Shown here: one piece after another, positions 1 through 10,092 of the stretch
Position numbering within the stretch: position 1 is the stretch's first letter
How the letters are laid out: the number at the start of each line of letters is the position of its first letter
Assembly: GCA_963695555.1 (NCBI GenBank)
Contig: CAVOGR010000005.1
Coordinates: forward strand, 128,001-192,000
DNA: 64,000 nt
Source: an uncultured Gemmatimonadales bacterium
GTDB lineage: Bacteria > Gemmatimonadota > Gemmatimonadetes > Gemmatimonadales > GWC2-71-9
Direction of reading: 5' to 3'
Program-made: the position numbers and the translations under genes
The notes under the pieces: model-generated
Databases searched by the model: none
The model's input: only the letters and a program-made list of their open reading frames with translations
Told to the model about the DNA's origin: nothing

Positions 1-1443
1 CACGACATCGCATGGATCCGCGAGTGGAACCCCAAAGGCATCATCCTCTCGGGCGGACCAAGCTCCGTCTACGGCGAGAATGTCCCCACCGCGGATCCGG
101 CGTTGCTCGACCTGGGTATCCCAGTGCTCGGCATTTGCTACGGCATGCAGTTGATGGCGCACCTGGCGGGAGGGAAGGTCATCCGGGCAACCCGGCGCGA
201 GTATGGTCGGGCCACGGTGCGCGTCCAAGGCGAGCGGCTGTTCCGAGGCTTCGATGAAGGCGAGGACACGCTGGTGTGGATGAGCCACGGGGACCATGTC
301 GACACGCCACCGCCAGGCTTCCGCGTCACCGCCTCGAGCGAAAATTCTCCGGTGGCGGCCATCGAGCACACAGACCGTCCGCTGTTCGGTGTGCAGTTCC
401 ACCCGGAGGTGGCACATACCCCGCGTGGCGGGGAGATGCTGGAGAACTTCCTGTTCGACGTCTGCGGCTGCGAGCCCGATTGGACTCCGGGGCATTTCAT
501 ACATCTCGAGGTGGAGCGGGTGCGCCAAATGGTGGGCCCCACCGACCGGGTCATCTGCGGCCTGTCGGGTGGCGTGGACTCCTCGGTGGCGGCGGTCCTG
601 GTGCATCGGGCGGTCGGCGACCGCCTCACCTGCATCTTCGTCGATCACGGCCTACTCAGACTCCACGAACGAGAACAGGTCATCGATACCTTTCGGCGAC
701 ATCAGGGGATCGATCTTCGCGTGGTCGATGCGGCGGACGTATTTCTCGAGCGGCTGAGCGGCGTCAGCGACCCGGAAGAAAAGCGCAAGCAGATCGGCTA
801 CACCTTCATCGAGTTCTTCGAGCGGGAGGCCCGGGAGGTGGGGCCGGATGTCAGCTATCTGGTGCAGGGAACCCTCTACCCTGACGTCATCGAGTCGCTC
901 TCGCCACTCGGCGGGCCCTCGGCCACCATCAAGACGCACCACAACGTGGGAGGCCTGCCCGACCGGCTGCCGTTCAAGCTGATCGAGCCGCTCCGGGAGT
1001 TGTTCAAGGACGAGGTCCGACAGGTCGGGCGCGAGCTGGGCCTGCCGCAGGAGATGGTGGGGCGGCATCCGTTCCCGGGCCCCGGGCTGGCCATCCGCAT
1101 TCTCGGTCCGGTGGTATCCGAGGACCTCGAGATGCTCCGCCAGGCGGACGCCATCTACCTCGAGGAGATTCGGGCCGCGGGGCTGTACGACGAGATCTGG
1201 CAGGCGTTCGCCGTCCTGCTCCCCATTCGGACCGTGGGGGTCCAAGGCGATGAGCGGAGCTACGATCGCGTCATCGCGCTTCGCGCTGTCACCAGCCGGG
1301 ACGGCATGACGGCCGATTGGTTCCCGTTCCCGCCGGAGGTATTGGCCCGCATCTCCAACCGAATCGCGAACGAGGTAGACGGGGTGAACCGGGTGGTCTA
1401 CGACGTGAGCTCGAAGCCGCCGGCGACGATCGAGTGGGAATAA
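1..1443 (+). CDS. guaA: GMP synthase (glutamine-hydrolysing), 5' end outside window
   Basis: Frame open from base 1 ([11 protein letters not shown]); GATase motifs GICYGMQ and QFHPEV; PP-loop [16 protein letters not shown]-terminal KPPATIEWE. Confidence 0.97.
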   Translation, partial: HDIAWIREWNPKGIILSGGPSSVYGENVPTADPALLDLGIPVLGICYGMQLMAHLAGGKVIRATRREYGRATVRVQGERLFRGFDEGEDTLVWMSHGDHVDTPPPGFRVTASSENSPVAAIEHTDRPLFGVQFHPEVAHTPRGGEMLENFLFDVCGCEPDWTPGHFIHLEVERVRQMVGPTDRVICGLSGGVDSSVAAVLVHRAVGDRLTCIFVDHGLLRLHEREQVIDTFRRHQGIDLRVVDAADVFLERLSGVSDPEEKRKQIGYTFIEFFEREAREVGPDVSYLVQGTLYPDVIESLSPLGGPSATIKTHHNVGGLPDRLPFKLIEPLRELFKDEVRQVGRELGLPQEMVGRHPFPGPGLAIRILGPVVSEDLEMLRQADAIYLEEIRAAGLYDEIWQAFAVLLPIRTVGVQGDERSYDRVIALRAVTSRDGMTADWFPFPPEVLARISNRIANEVDGVNRVVYDVSSKPPATIEWE

Positions 1444-1477
1444 ACGGAATGGAGTAGTGAGTAGGGTCGTAAGGAGT

Positions 1478-1533
1478 AGTGCAAGGAAACGGCGCCGGCA
1501 GCTCTCGAGCTGCCGGCGCCGCTTCCTTGTACT
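1478..1533. terminator. Long hairpin between convergent genes, probable bidirectional terminator
   Basis: Perfect 14-bp core stem CGGCGCCGGCAGCT/AGCTGCCGGCGCCG (1490-1521, loop CTCG), extendable to about 26 bp with one mismatch and one G-U pair. Confidence 0.7.
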
Positions 1534-1562
1534 GACTACCCTGCATTCCTACATCCTTTGCA

Positions 1563-2528
1563 CTAGTTCGGCCATGAGGACCAGTTGCCGCAGTACGCGG
1601 CATTGTCGGTGCCCAACGGCCCGCGCAGGACGCCGAGAATGAAGGCGTTCATGGCGGCCCGGGGGGCCACGATCAGCCTACTGGCGCTCAGGTTGACCGA
1701 TACCTTGCCGAAGTGTCCCAGCTCGAGCGCATGGCCGTTCTCATGGAAGGCCACGGTCTCGATATCGATGTCGGTGGTGTTGGAGGTGGTCCATGTGAAA
1801 GCGTCGTTGTACCAGACTTCCTTGAGTGCAGTATCCGTCCGGCCGTTGTTGTCGATGTCGGATGGCGTGAAGTTGCCCTGGCCGTCGAATGAGCCAAAGA
1901 TGAAGGTGAAGGTGACGCCTAACACGTTCTGGCTTGCTCCTGGCCCGAGGAAGACGTCGAAGAAGGCCCCGGGCAGGAACCCGAGCGTATAGATGTCGGC
2001 CGCGAACGGATCCCCGATGCCGAGCACTGCGGTGTGCAACTGGCCGTCGTCCGCCCGCTTCACGATGTTGAGCTTCGAGCACTGGACGTTCGCCCATGTA
2101 TCGAACGACGCGTCGATCGCAGGCTCTGCATTGATGGTGCCGTTCGCGATACCGAATGACTGGTCTACCATGTGGGTGATGTTGCTGCCATCAGCCGCGC
2201 GGCGGGCATCACCGGGTACCCACTTGGAGCTGAGCCGAAGATTGCGATCGAAGGCGAAGACGATCTGGGCCTGGTCGGCCGATGCGTCTGGGCCGAGCGA
2301 GATCTCAGCCATCTCGACCGCGTAACCCGCGCCTGCGGCCGCGAGTCCGGCATTGATCTCCTGGAGCTTGGCGCTGACCACGTCACCTGTTGCGGCAGCG
2401 CCCGTGGCGAACGCCGGACCCTGGACCTCGGACCCAGAAGTCGTCGGCGCTGTCGGTTCGGAGGCACAGGCGGTAATGCCAACCGCGACAGCAAGAGCGG
2501 CAAGCAGGGGATACTTACTCTTCCTCAT
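1563..2528 (-). CDS. Secreted lipoprotein with matrixin/metzincin-like zinc metalloprotease motif
   Basis: ATG at 2528 with GAGG RBS; signal MRKSKYPLLAALAVAVGITAC (lipobox Cys); HENGHALELGH followed by Met-turn-like AAMNA. Confidence 0.7.
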   Translation of the reverse strand: MRKSKYPLLAALAVAVGITACASEPTAPTTSGSEVQGPAFATGAAATGDVVSAKLQEINAGLAAAGAGYAVEMAEISLGPDASADQAQIVFAFDRNLRLSSKWVPGDARRAADGSNITHMVDQSFGIANGTINAEPAIDASFDTWANVQCSKLNIVKRADDGQLHTAVLGIGDPFAADIYTLGFLPGAFFDVFLGPGASQNVLGVTFTFIFGSFDGQGNFTPSDIDNNGRTDTALKEVWYNDAFTWTTSNTTDIDIETVAFHENGHALELGHFGKVSVNLSASRLIVAPRAAMNAFILGVLRGPLGTDNAAYCGNWSSWPN

Positions 2529-2629
2529 GGGCAACCTCGAGTCGGCTATGTTGTAGGTGCGACGTTCGGGTGAACCAAGCAAAGTACCATTCCCAAGGGC
2601 CGTTTCGCTAGAGGCCTTCCTTGCATCTC

Positions 2630-3082
2630 TCATACTCCCTTTTCCTCCATCAAGGCATACAACTCCGCCGGGTCGGTGAGCGATGCGAGTCGACCCGGCA
2701 CGTCACCCTCGCGGACCAACCGGGCAACCTGTGCCAGCACCGTCAAGTAGAGGTTCGACACCTCGACCGGAGGAGCGGCAATGAAGAACAGGGCGTGGAC
2801 CGGCTCGCCATCGATCGCGTCGTATGCAACTCCTTGCACATGCCGGCCGAAGGCCAGCCGCACGCGGTCGAACACCGGTGAGCGGCAATGGGGAATGGCG
2901 ATGCCCTGGCCTACGCCGGTCGATCCCTCCGCTTCGCGTCCGAGCACCAGATTCGTAATAGTCTCGGAATCTTCGGGAGACAGGGTGAGGAGCGCCACCA
3001 TCTCCCCGAGGACCTCCCGCTTGGTCCCGCCGTGGAGGTCGAGGTCGATCGTTGTGGGGGAAATGAGGTCCCGGAGGCGCAT
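2630..3082 (-). CDS. PTS EIIA (fructose/mannitol/Ntr-type) phosphotransfer protein
   Basis: REAEGSTGVGQGIAIPHCR (phospho-His motif), DGEPVHALFFIAAP; 150 aa. Confidence 0.9.
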   Translation of the reverse strand: MRLRDLISPTTIDLDLHGGTKREVLGEMVALLTLSPEDSETITNLVLGREAEGSTGVGQGIAIPHCRSPVFDRVRLAFGRHVQGVAYDAIDGEPVHALFFIAAPPVEVSNLYLTVLAQVARLVREGDVPGRLASLTDPAELYALMEEKGV

Positions 3083-3088
3083 GCGTGG

Positions 3089-3117
3089 AGGCTAGTGTGC
3101 CAGCGGGGGCATGTCAA
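3089..3117 (-). promoter_or_regulatory. Sigma70-type promoter for the EIIA gene (probably leaderless)
   Basis: Minus strand TTGACA-17 nt-TAGCCT-6 nt-ATG(3082). Confidence 0.65.
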
Positions 3118-3127
3118 ACGGGGTTCC

Positions 3128-3156
3128 TTGATCCATCCCATTGAGAGCCATAGGTT
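3128..3156 (+). promoter_or_regulatory. Sigma70-type promoter for dusB (probably leaderless)
   Basis: TTGATC-17 nt-TAGGTT-6 nt-ATG(3163). Confidence 0.55.
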
Positions 3157-3162
3157 TATAGG

Positions 3163-4161
3163 ATGGCTTTGCCGCATTTTTCAGGCACCGACTTTCCTCT
3201 GATCCTGGCCCCGATGGCCGGGGTCTCCGAGGCGCCTTTCCGGCAGATCTGCCGTCGGCTCGGCGCCGACGTCGTCATGTCCGAGTTCCTGTCGTCCGAG
3301 GCGATCCGCCGCCGCATCCGGCCGCACCCTCGAAGGCGCGGAGTTCGAGGAGATGCGAGCGTCCGATCGGGATCCAGATTTATGGCGCCGATGCCCGCGC
3401 CATGGCCGAGGCCACGGCGCTCATCACGCGAGCACTACCAGCCCGAGTTCATCGACATCAACTTCGGTTGCCCGGTCAAGAAGGTCGTCCAGCGGAACGG
3501 CGGGTCGGGTGCCTCCGCGACATGGACCTCGTGGAGCCGATCATCCGGGCCTCTGTCGCGGCGACGCACCTTGCCCGTGACCGTCAAGACCCGGAGCGGT
3601 TGGAACGAGCTGAGTCGCGATCCGGTGGGCATCGCCCTCCGGATGCAGGATGCCGGGGCCAGGGCGTTCACCCTGCATGCCAGGACCCGGACCCAGATGT
3701 TCGCGCGGGACAGGCCGAACTGGGATGAGATCGCCCGGGTGGTGGAAGCGCTCGACATTCCGGTCATCGGCAACGGGGACATCCAGACGGCGAGGATGTG
3801 GTGCGCATGCGGCGCACACCGGGTGCGCCGGGTGTCATGGTGGGCCGCGGCGCGTTCGGCAACCCGTGGCTCTTCCGGGACGCACGGGCCCTCTTGGACG
3901 GCGCCGCACGGCCGCCCGCAGTTCCGGACGCCGCGGAGCGCTTCGCGCTGGCGCTGGAACACGCCCGGCTCGCGCTCCGACTGCAGGGAGACACCCGCAG
4001 GACCGTGATCGAGTTCCGCAAGCACTTGGGCTGGTACACCAGGGGGCTGCCGCACGCGACCGAGCTCCGGAAGCGGCTCTTCCAGGTCGAGTCGATGACC
4101 GAGGCCGAGGCGATCTTCGGTGACTATCTCTGCCCGCGGATCCGTCGCCCAGGTGGCGTGA
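3163..4161 (+). CDS. dusB: tRNA-dihydrouridine synthase B (broken by several single-base indels)
   Basis: LAPMAGVS, DINFGCPVKKV, PVTVKTRSGW, IPVIGNGDI, GVMVGRGAFGNPW and FRKHLGWY are distributed over different frames; probable stop TGA 4159-4161 overlaps the larB GTG. Confidence 0.85.
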
Positions 4162-4931
4162 CGCCCGAACTCCTGGAGTCCCTCCTATCGGATGTCGCCA
4201 GCGGGGCGCTCACCCCACGGGAAGCCCTGGAGCGGCTGAAGCACTTCCCCAGTGAGCCATCCGACGTGGCCACCATCGATCACCAACGCCACCTGCGGCT
4301 GGGCCAGCCCGAAGTCGTATTCTGTGAAGGCAAGAGCGTGGACCAGTCGGTCGAGATCTGCTGCCGGCTTGCGGCCGCTGCCGGGACGTTCCTCGGGACC
4401 AGGGCCTCGCCCGAATTGGCCGAACGGCTGGGTCGCGAATTTCCCGCCCTCGAATGGAACGCCCTTGGCCGCACGGTCTTCCTGCCGCCGTCGCCGCGCC
4501 GCGCTCCGTCCGGTCGAGGCACCATTCTGGTGGTCTCGGCTGGAACCAGCGACCTCCCAGTCGCGGAGGAAGCCGCCGCCGTGGCCGAGGCTCTTGGGAA
4601 TCCGGTGGATCGCCTGGTCGACGTGGGCGTGGCGGGGCTTCATCGACTGCTCAGTGCCTCCGAGCGCCTGCGCAAGGCCGCGGTGGTCATCGTCGTTGCC
4701 GGAATGGAGGGCGCGTTGCCGAGTGTCGTGGGCGGGTTGATTGGCGTGCCGGTCATCGCCGTGCCGACGAGTGTCGGGTACGGCGCCTCGTTGGGCGGCT
4801 GGGCGGCTCTCCTCGGGATGCTGAACTCGTGTGCTGCCGGAATAACCGTCGTCAACATCGATAACGGCTTCGGCGCCGCCGCCGCCGCCCATCGCATCAA
4901 TCACCTCGCGCCGACAGAGTCGGCCCGATGA
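4158..4931 (+). CDS. larB: Nickel-pincer cofactor biosynthesis protein LarB (AIR carboxylase-related)
   Basis: IDHQRHLRLGQPEVVFCEGK, SAGTSDLPVAEEA, DVGVAGLHRL, AGMEGALPSVV, VPTSVGYG, MLNSCAAGITVVNIDNGFGA. Confidence 0.9.
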   Translation: MTPELLESLLSDVASGALTPREALERLKHFPSEPSDVATIDHQRHLRLGQPEVVFCEGKSVDQSVEICCRLAAAAGTFLGTRASPELAERLGREFPALEWNALGRTVFLPPSPRRAPSGRGTILVVSAGTSDLPVAEEAAAVAEALGNPVDRLVDVGVAGLHRLLSASERLRKAAVVIVVAGMEGALPSVVGGLIGVPVIAVPTSVGYGASLGGWAALLGMLNSCAAGITVVNIDNGFGAAAAAHRINHLAPTESAR

Positions 4932-6412
4932 GCGGCGCCATGATCGTGCTCGGGCTCGTGTTGATCGCCCTGGGTGGATCGCGCCAGGGACTGCCGAATC
5001 TTGTGGTGGCCGCCGGAGGGTTCTTCGTCGCGTGGGGGCTCCACCGACGGCTTGCCAAACGGTCGGCGAGCCTGGCGAGGCCGGTTCCGCATTTCCTGCC
5101 CGATCCCACACTCAGTTGGCTTCGGCGTGCGCACAACGCGATCGGCGTCTGGGCGCTGCCCAAGGGAAGGAAGAACAAGGCACTCACCTACTTTCAAAGC
5201 GTCGACCCGACAGCCGGCCTGAGTCCGGATGTGACCGAGCTGCTCCGCGTGCGCCTGAGGACAGCGCCGCGAGAGGCTGTCAGCACTGTCGAACGGCTGG
5301 ACGCCGGGACGCTGGTGTCGGAATCGAACGATAGACTCACGACGGCCTTGCTCCTGCGACCACGCCCGACCCCCGGCGCTCTGGAGCAGGCCCGCGAAGA
5401 CCTCCGGCATCTGCTCGAGAGCCTCGGTCGACGGTCGGTCATCCGGGCGCTCGAGGAGGCGAATGTCGCACCGGTGGAGAGCGTGCGAAGCATGGCGTTG
5501 CGACTGGCCCACCAGATCGAACACCAAGCGGGTGTACGCGCCGCGGTGGCCTTGACGGAACCTGCGGGCGTTCGGGTGGTCGCGGTGTCGCCGAGCGCCG
5601 ATCAGCGGCTGGTCGGCCACCTGGTGCCGCCTGACAGCCCAGTGGCCGGCGTCGCGCGAGGCGAACGGGAAGCCGTTGCAGCCAAGGGCAACGTCTTCGG
5701 GGTGGAGGAGAAGGACGGGGGGCGGGACCGGCGGCGAGGGCATGAGGGTCGGGTGGCCATTCAAGGCATTCGCACGGCGGACGCCTGCCTGGGGGCGGTG
5801 GCCTACTGGCGGCCGCGTGGAGGGACGGTTCATCTGTCGGCCACGGCGGAGATCAGTGAGTGCATCCGCCGCGCCGCGCCACGCATCAAGGCGTCGCACG
5901 AACACGAGGCCCTGGGACTCCAGGCGACGCTCGATCCGCTTACCAGACTCAGGAACCGGCGCGGGTTCGAAGGCGTAACCCGGCGAATCGGGGAGGCCGA
6001 AGGAGCCTTGATCTACGCCGACCTGGATGAATTCAAGCAACTCAACGACACCCTGGGTCGAGAGGCAGTCGACGCGGCCCTGGTGCACTTCACCGAGATT
6101 CTCCGTCAGGAGATTCGTCTGGGTGACATCCCGGGCCGAATCGGCGACGAGGAGTTTGCCTTGTGGCTGCCTGACGCGTCGCTGGCGGACGCCATGCATG
6201 TGGCCAAGCGCATCCGCGCGACGCTGACGAGCACGCCCTGGGCATGGAATGGCCGGTCGTGGCCACTGAGCGCGTCGTTCGGCGTCGCCGCGTGCCCCGA
6301 GACCACGAAGAAGCGAGACGAGCTGCCGACCCAGGCCAAGGCCGCTGTGTCTCGCGCGAAGGCCGCGGACCGTGATCGGGTGGAGGCCGCGCCTGCCGTG
6401 AAGGGCCGGTGA
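4928..6412 (+). CDS. Membrane-anchored GAF-like + degenerate GGDEF domain protein
   Basis: Two N-terminal hydrophobic helices; DPLTRLRNRR, DLDEFKQLNDTLG, RLGD-IPG-RIGDEEF, LSASFGVA. Confidence 0.8.
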   Translation: MSGAMIVLGLVLIALGGSRQGLPNLVVAAGGFFVAWGLHRRLAKRSASLARPVPHFLPDPTLSWLRRAHNAIGVWALPKGRKNKALTYFQSVDPTAGLSPDVTELLRVRLRTAPREAVSTVERLDAGTLVSESNDRLTTALLLRPRPTPGALEQAREDLRHLLESLGRRSVIRALEEANVAPVESVRSMALRLAHQIEHQAGVRAAVALTEPAGVRVVAVSPSADQRLVGHLVPPDSPVAGVARGEREAVAAKGNVFGVEEKDGGRDRRRGHEGRVAIQGIRTADACLGAVAYWRPRGGTVHLSATAEISECIRRAAPRIKASHEHEALGLQATLDPLTRLRNRRGFEGVTRRIGEAEGALIYADLDEFKQLNDTLGREAVDAALVHFTEILRQEIRLGDIPGRIGDEEFALWLPDASLADAMHVAKRIRATLTSTPWAWNGRSWPLSASFGVAACPETTKKRDELPTQAKAAVSRAKAADRDRVEAAPAVKGR

Positions 6413-6439
6413 TGCCAGTTGTCGTTGGCGGCGCGATCC

Positions 6440-6468
6440 TTGCACCTGCTCCGTGGGCCGTGTACGAT
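6440..6468 (+). promoter_or_regulatory. Sigma70-type promoter of ssrA
   Basis: TTGCAC-17 nt-TACGAT, ending 10 nt upstream of the tmRNA 5' end. Confidence 0.65.
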
Positions 6469-6478
6469 TCAGGTGCCC

Positions 6479-6842
6479 GGGGGCGATTGGCTTCGACGGG
6501 TATGAAGAGGAGGTCGCTGCGTGTCCAGGTCCAGGTTCCTGGTAAAACCGCTTGGAATTTTTCTAATTGCCAACTCTGAACTGGCACTGGCTGCCTAAGC
6601 TGAGCTAACGCTCGCTTAGCGCACCTCCGATGACGGAAGCCCGCCCGGGGCGCCCCCATCGGATCGCAAATCTGGGCTGGCTGGTCGTGGTCCTTCGACG
6701 CGCTCGGCGAGATTCTTCGAAGGTGGTTCCCCAACGGGTCGGCTCTTCACCGGTTGAGGAATGAAGCGGAAAGATGAGCCTACACACGTAGATGTGGCTT
6801 CGGAAACATATTCGGACCAGGGTTCGATTCCCTGCGCCTCCA
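6479..6842 (+). ncRNA. ssrA: tmRNA (transfer-messenger RNA)
   Basis: 5' GGGGGCGATTGGCTTCGAC; 3' T-arm CAGGGTTCGATTCCCTG and acceptor CGCCTCC-A with G3-U wobble; tag ORF 6569-6598 encodes ANSELALAA*; CCA not encoded. Confidence 0.97.
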
Positions 6843-6847
6843 TGAAC

Positions 6848-6880
6848 CACGCGGGACGGCCGTACCGGCCGTCCCGCGTG
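6848..6880. terminator. Hairpin between ssrA and convergent purE
   Basis: Perfect 15-bp stem CACGCGGGACGGCCG / CGGCCGTCCCGCGTG, loop TAC. Confidence 0.75.
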
Positions 6881-6914
6881 TGCGTTGTCCTACCGGGTCC
6901 CGCCACTGCCCGTG

Positions 6915-7409
6915 CTAGCCCGACTCAGGAAGAACGATCGCGGCCACCTTCTCCGCCTGGCGGCGTCGAAAGTCCGCGAGGCGACCACGCAGGTCCGTGT
7001 TTTCCGCCGCCAGGATCGCCACGACGAAGAGCGCGGCATTCTTGGCGCCCGCATCTCCGATCGCGAAGGTCGCGACGGGGATTCCGCCGGGCATCTGGAC
7101 CGTGGACAAGAGCGAGTCCAGTCCTTGGAGATGCTGGCTGGGCATCGGAATGCCGAGGACCGGCAGGGTGGTGTTGGCGGCCAACACGCCGGCCAGATGT
7201 GCAGCCCCACCGGCGCCGGCGATGATGCACCGAAGCCCCCGGCCCTCCGCGTCTCGCGCGTAGGCCGTCGCGAGATCCGGAGTGCGGTGGGCGGACAGCA
7301 CTCTGGCCTCGTTGGGCACGCCGAAGTCCCGCAGGACATCGACTGCCCGGCGCATCACCGGCCAGTCCGAGTCACTTCCCATGATGATCCCAACCAACGG
7401 TCTTTCCAT
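6915..7409 (-). CDS. purE: N5-CAIR mutase (class I PurE)
   Basis: [51 protein letters not shown]. Confidence 0.95.
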   Translation of the reverse strand: MERPLVGIIMGSDSDWPVMRRAVDVLRDFGVPNEARVLSAHRTPDLATAYARDAEGRGLRCIIAGAGGAAHLAGVLAANTTLPVLGIPMPSQHLQGLDSLLSTVQMPGGIPVATFAIGDAGAKNAALFVVAILAAENTDLRGRLADFRRRQAEKVAAIVLPESG

Positions 7410-7425
7410 GTTTGTTTCGATCCCC

Positions 7426-10092
7426 TTATAGCGTTGCCTTCGTGCGATCCATGGTGCCACGAGCGGCCAGCACTGCTTGCGCGGCCGCGAGGCGCGCAAT
7501 CGGCACCCGGAACGGAGAACACGAGACGTAGTTCAGCCCCAAATGGTCGCAGAACGCGACCGAAGACGGCTCCCCGCCGTGCTCACCGCAAATGCCGATC
7601 TTGAGATCCGGGCGCGCTTTCCGTCCTAATTCGACGCCCATCTGAACCAGCCGGCCGACACCCTCACGATCGAGCACCTGAAACGGATCGGCATCCAGCA
7701 CTTGGTGTTCCAAGTAGTAGGGGAGGAACCGCCCGGCATCGTCGCGGGAGAGCCCCCACGTCGTTTGGGTCAGGTCGTTGGTCCCGAACGAGAAGAACTC
7801 GCTCTCGAGCGCGATGGCGTCGGCCGTCAGGGCGGCGCGTGGTAACTCGATCATGGTGCCGAGGAGGTACGGTACCGTGATGTTGCGTTCCTCGAAGACG
7901 GCGGCGGCGGTTTCCCGAACGATCCGTGCCTGCACCTTGAACTCGGCGACGGACGCGGTCAGCGGGATCATGATTTCCGGCGCCACCTGGCCCCGGCGCG
8001 ACGCCACGGTGCACGCGGCTTCGAAGATCGCGCGGACCTGCATGGCGGGAATTTCCGGGTAGATGATACCCAACCGGCATCCGCGAAGCCCAAGCATGGG
8101 GTTCACTTCGCTCAACCCCTCGACGATCCGAGTCATCTCCTCGGTGGTGCGGTCCAGTTCGCTGGCCAGCTTGGCGATCTCCTCGGGTTCCTTCGGGAGG
8201 AACTCGTGCAGCGGCGGATCGAGCAGTCGAATAGTGACCGGGTAGCCTTCCATTGCGCGGAAGATGCCTTCGAAGTCAGCCCGCTGCATCGGCAACAGCT
8301 TGCCCAGCGCTTTCTGACGACCCTCGGAATCCTGGGCAACGATCATTTCCCGCATGGCCTGCAACCGGGTGCCCTCGAAGAACATGTGCTCGGTGCGGCA
8401 CAAGCCGATGCCCTCGGCCCCGAATTCCCGGCCACGGTGGGCGTCGGCCGGGGTGTCTGCGTTGACCCGGACCTTCAAGTTGCGAAGCTTGTCTGCCCAG
8501 GTCATGAGGCGGCGGAAGTTATCGCTCAGCTCGGGAGCGATCAGGGCCGCCTTGCCGGCGTGCACCTGCCCCCGTGTCCCATCGATGGTGATCCACTCGC
8601 CCTCGCGAATCGACCGACCGTCGACCGAAAAAAGACGAGCCTCCTCATCCACGATGAGCTTTTGCGCGCCGGCAACACAGGGCTTCCCCATGCCGCGGGC
8701 CACCACGGCCGCGTGGGACGTCATGCCGCCTCGGGCGGTGAGAATGGCCTTGGCCACTACCATCCCGTGAAAATCCTCGGGACTGGTCTCGCGACGGACG
8801 AGAATCACGGGTTGTCCCGTACGCCCGATGCGCTCCGCCTCATCGGCCTCGAATACCACAGCACCGCTCGCGGCCCCGGGAGACGCCGGCAAACCGGTGG
8901 TCAAGAGATCGAGCTCCGCCGACGGATCGATGGTCGGATGGAGCAGCTGATCGAGATCGTTGGGCGGCACGCGTGCCACCGCTTCCTCTTCACTCACCAC
9001 TCCTTCGTCCACCATTTCGCACGCAATTCGTACGGCGGCATGCCCGGTGCGTTGCGCCCGCCTGGTTTGGAGCATGTACAGCTTGCCGCGCTCGATGGTG
9101 AACTCCATGTCCTGGACATCGCGGAAGTGCCGCTCCAATCGCTGGGCCATTTGCGCCAACTCGGCGTAGGCAGCAGGCATGACCCGCTCCAGGTCGGCGA
9201 TCGGCTGCGGGTCGCGCGTACCGGACACGACGTCCTCGCCTTGGGCATTGATGAGGAACTCCCCGTACAGAGCGCGCTCACCGGTCGACGGATTGCGGGT
9301 GAACGCAACGCCGGTGCCGGAGTCCTCACCCAGGTTGCCGAACACCATAGCCATGACGTTGACCGCGGTGCCGAGGGAATCCGGGATGTCGTGCAACCGC
9401 CGGTAATCGATGGCGCGCTTGGTGTTCCAGCTCTCGAATACGGCGGCGATAGCGCCCCAGAGTTGGTCGATCGGGTCGTCGGGAAACTCGCGCCCGGTTT
9501 CCTGCTGAATCACATGCTTGTACTTCGTGACCAGGGACCGCAGATCGTCCACTGGCAGGTCGATGTCGCGCTCGGCCGCATGTGCCTGCTTCCGTTCGGC
9601 GAGAATGGCCTCGAAGCGCTCCTTGGGAACGCCGTAGACCACGGCGCCGTACATCTGGACGAAACGCCGGTAGCTGTCCCAGGCGAACTGTGGGTTGTTC
9701 GCCTCACGCTCCAACGCCGCTACCGTGTCGTCGTTGAGCCCCAGATTGAGAATGGTTTCCATCATGCCGGGCATCGACAGCGCCGCGCCCGACCGGACCG
9801 ACACCAGGAGCGGAGCCTTGGTTCCGCCGAACTGTCGGCGTGTCGCGGCCTCGATCCGGTTGAGGCTGGCCTCGACCTCGGTCCGGAGTCGGCCCGGGAA
9901 GGCGCCCGTTTGCAGGTATGTCTGGCAGAGCGTGCTCGCGATGGTGAATCCCGGCGGGACTCGGACTCCGATGCTGGTCATTTCGGCGAGCGAAGCGCCC
10001 TTGCCGCCCAGGGTGTCCTTCATGGCCGCCGAGCCGTCGGCCCGGCCTGATCCGAAGAAATAGACCAACGGCTGTGTCGTGGAGTGATTCAT
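7426..10092 (-). CDS. ppdK: Pyruvate, phosphate dikinase
   Basis: [31 protein letters not shown] (phospho-His), [29 protein letters not shown]; 888 aa. Confidence 0.97.
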   Translation of the reverse strand: MNHSTTQPLVYFFGSGRADGSAAMKDTLGGKGASLAEMTSIGVRVPPGFTIASTLCQTYLQTGAFPGRLRTEVEASLNRIEAATRRQFGGTKAPLLVSVRSGAALSMPGMMETILNLGLNDDTVAALEREANNPQFAWDSYRRFVQMYGAVVYGVPKERFEAILAERKQAHAAERDIDLPVDDLRSLVTKYKHVIQQETGREFPDDPIDQLWGAIAAVFESWNTKRAIDYRRLHDIPDSLGTAVNVMAMVFGNLGEDSGTGVAFTRNPSTGERALYGEFLINAQGEDVVSGTRDPQPIADLERVMPAAYAELAQMAQRLERHFRDVQDMEFTIERGKLYMLQTRRAQRTGHAAVRIACEMVDEGVVSEEEAVARVPPNDLDQLLHPTIDPSAELDLLTTGLPASPGAASGAVVFEADEAERIGRTGQPVILVRRETSPEDFHGMVVAKAILTARGGMTSHAAVVARGMGKPCVAGAQKLIVDEEARLFSVDGRSIREGEWITIDGTRGQVHAGKAALIAPELSDNFRRLMTWADKLRNLKVRVNADTPADAHRGREFGAEGIGLCRTEHMFFEGTRLQAMREMIVAQDSEGRQKALGKLLPMQRADFEGIFRAMEGYPVTIRLLDPPLHEFLPKEPEEIAKLASELDRTTEEMTRIVEGLSEVNPMLGLRGCRLGIIYPEIPAMQVRAIFEAACTVASRRGQVAPEIMIPLTASVAEFKVQARIVRETAAAVFEERNITVPYLLGTMIELPRAALTADAIALESEFFSFGTNDLTQTTWGLSRDDAGRFLPYYLEHQVLDADPFQVLDREGVGRLVQMGVELGRKARPDLKIGICGEHGGEPSSVAFCDHLGLNYVSCSPFRVPIARLAAAQAVLAARGTMDRTKATL

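Noticed and set aside
3163..4931. Apparent DusB-LarB fusion (ORF 3798..4931) and fragmented dusB
   Set aside because: dusB has several indels in conserved motifs. A GTGA stop/start overlap at 4158-4161 explains two separate genes, so the fusion is most likely an assembly artefact.
6843..6915. Genomic island integrated at ssrA
   Set aside because: No integrase and no duplicated ssrA 3' end; core purE follows immediately.
8206..10050. Long antisense ORFs (also 19188..20759, 34776..36902, 47905..49884, 59178..60881)
   Set aside because: Shadow ORFs opposite well-conserved genes, expected in high-GC DNA, with no recognisable motifs.
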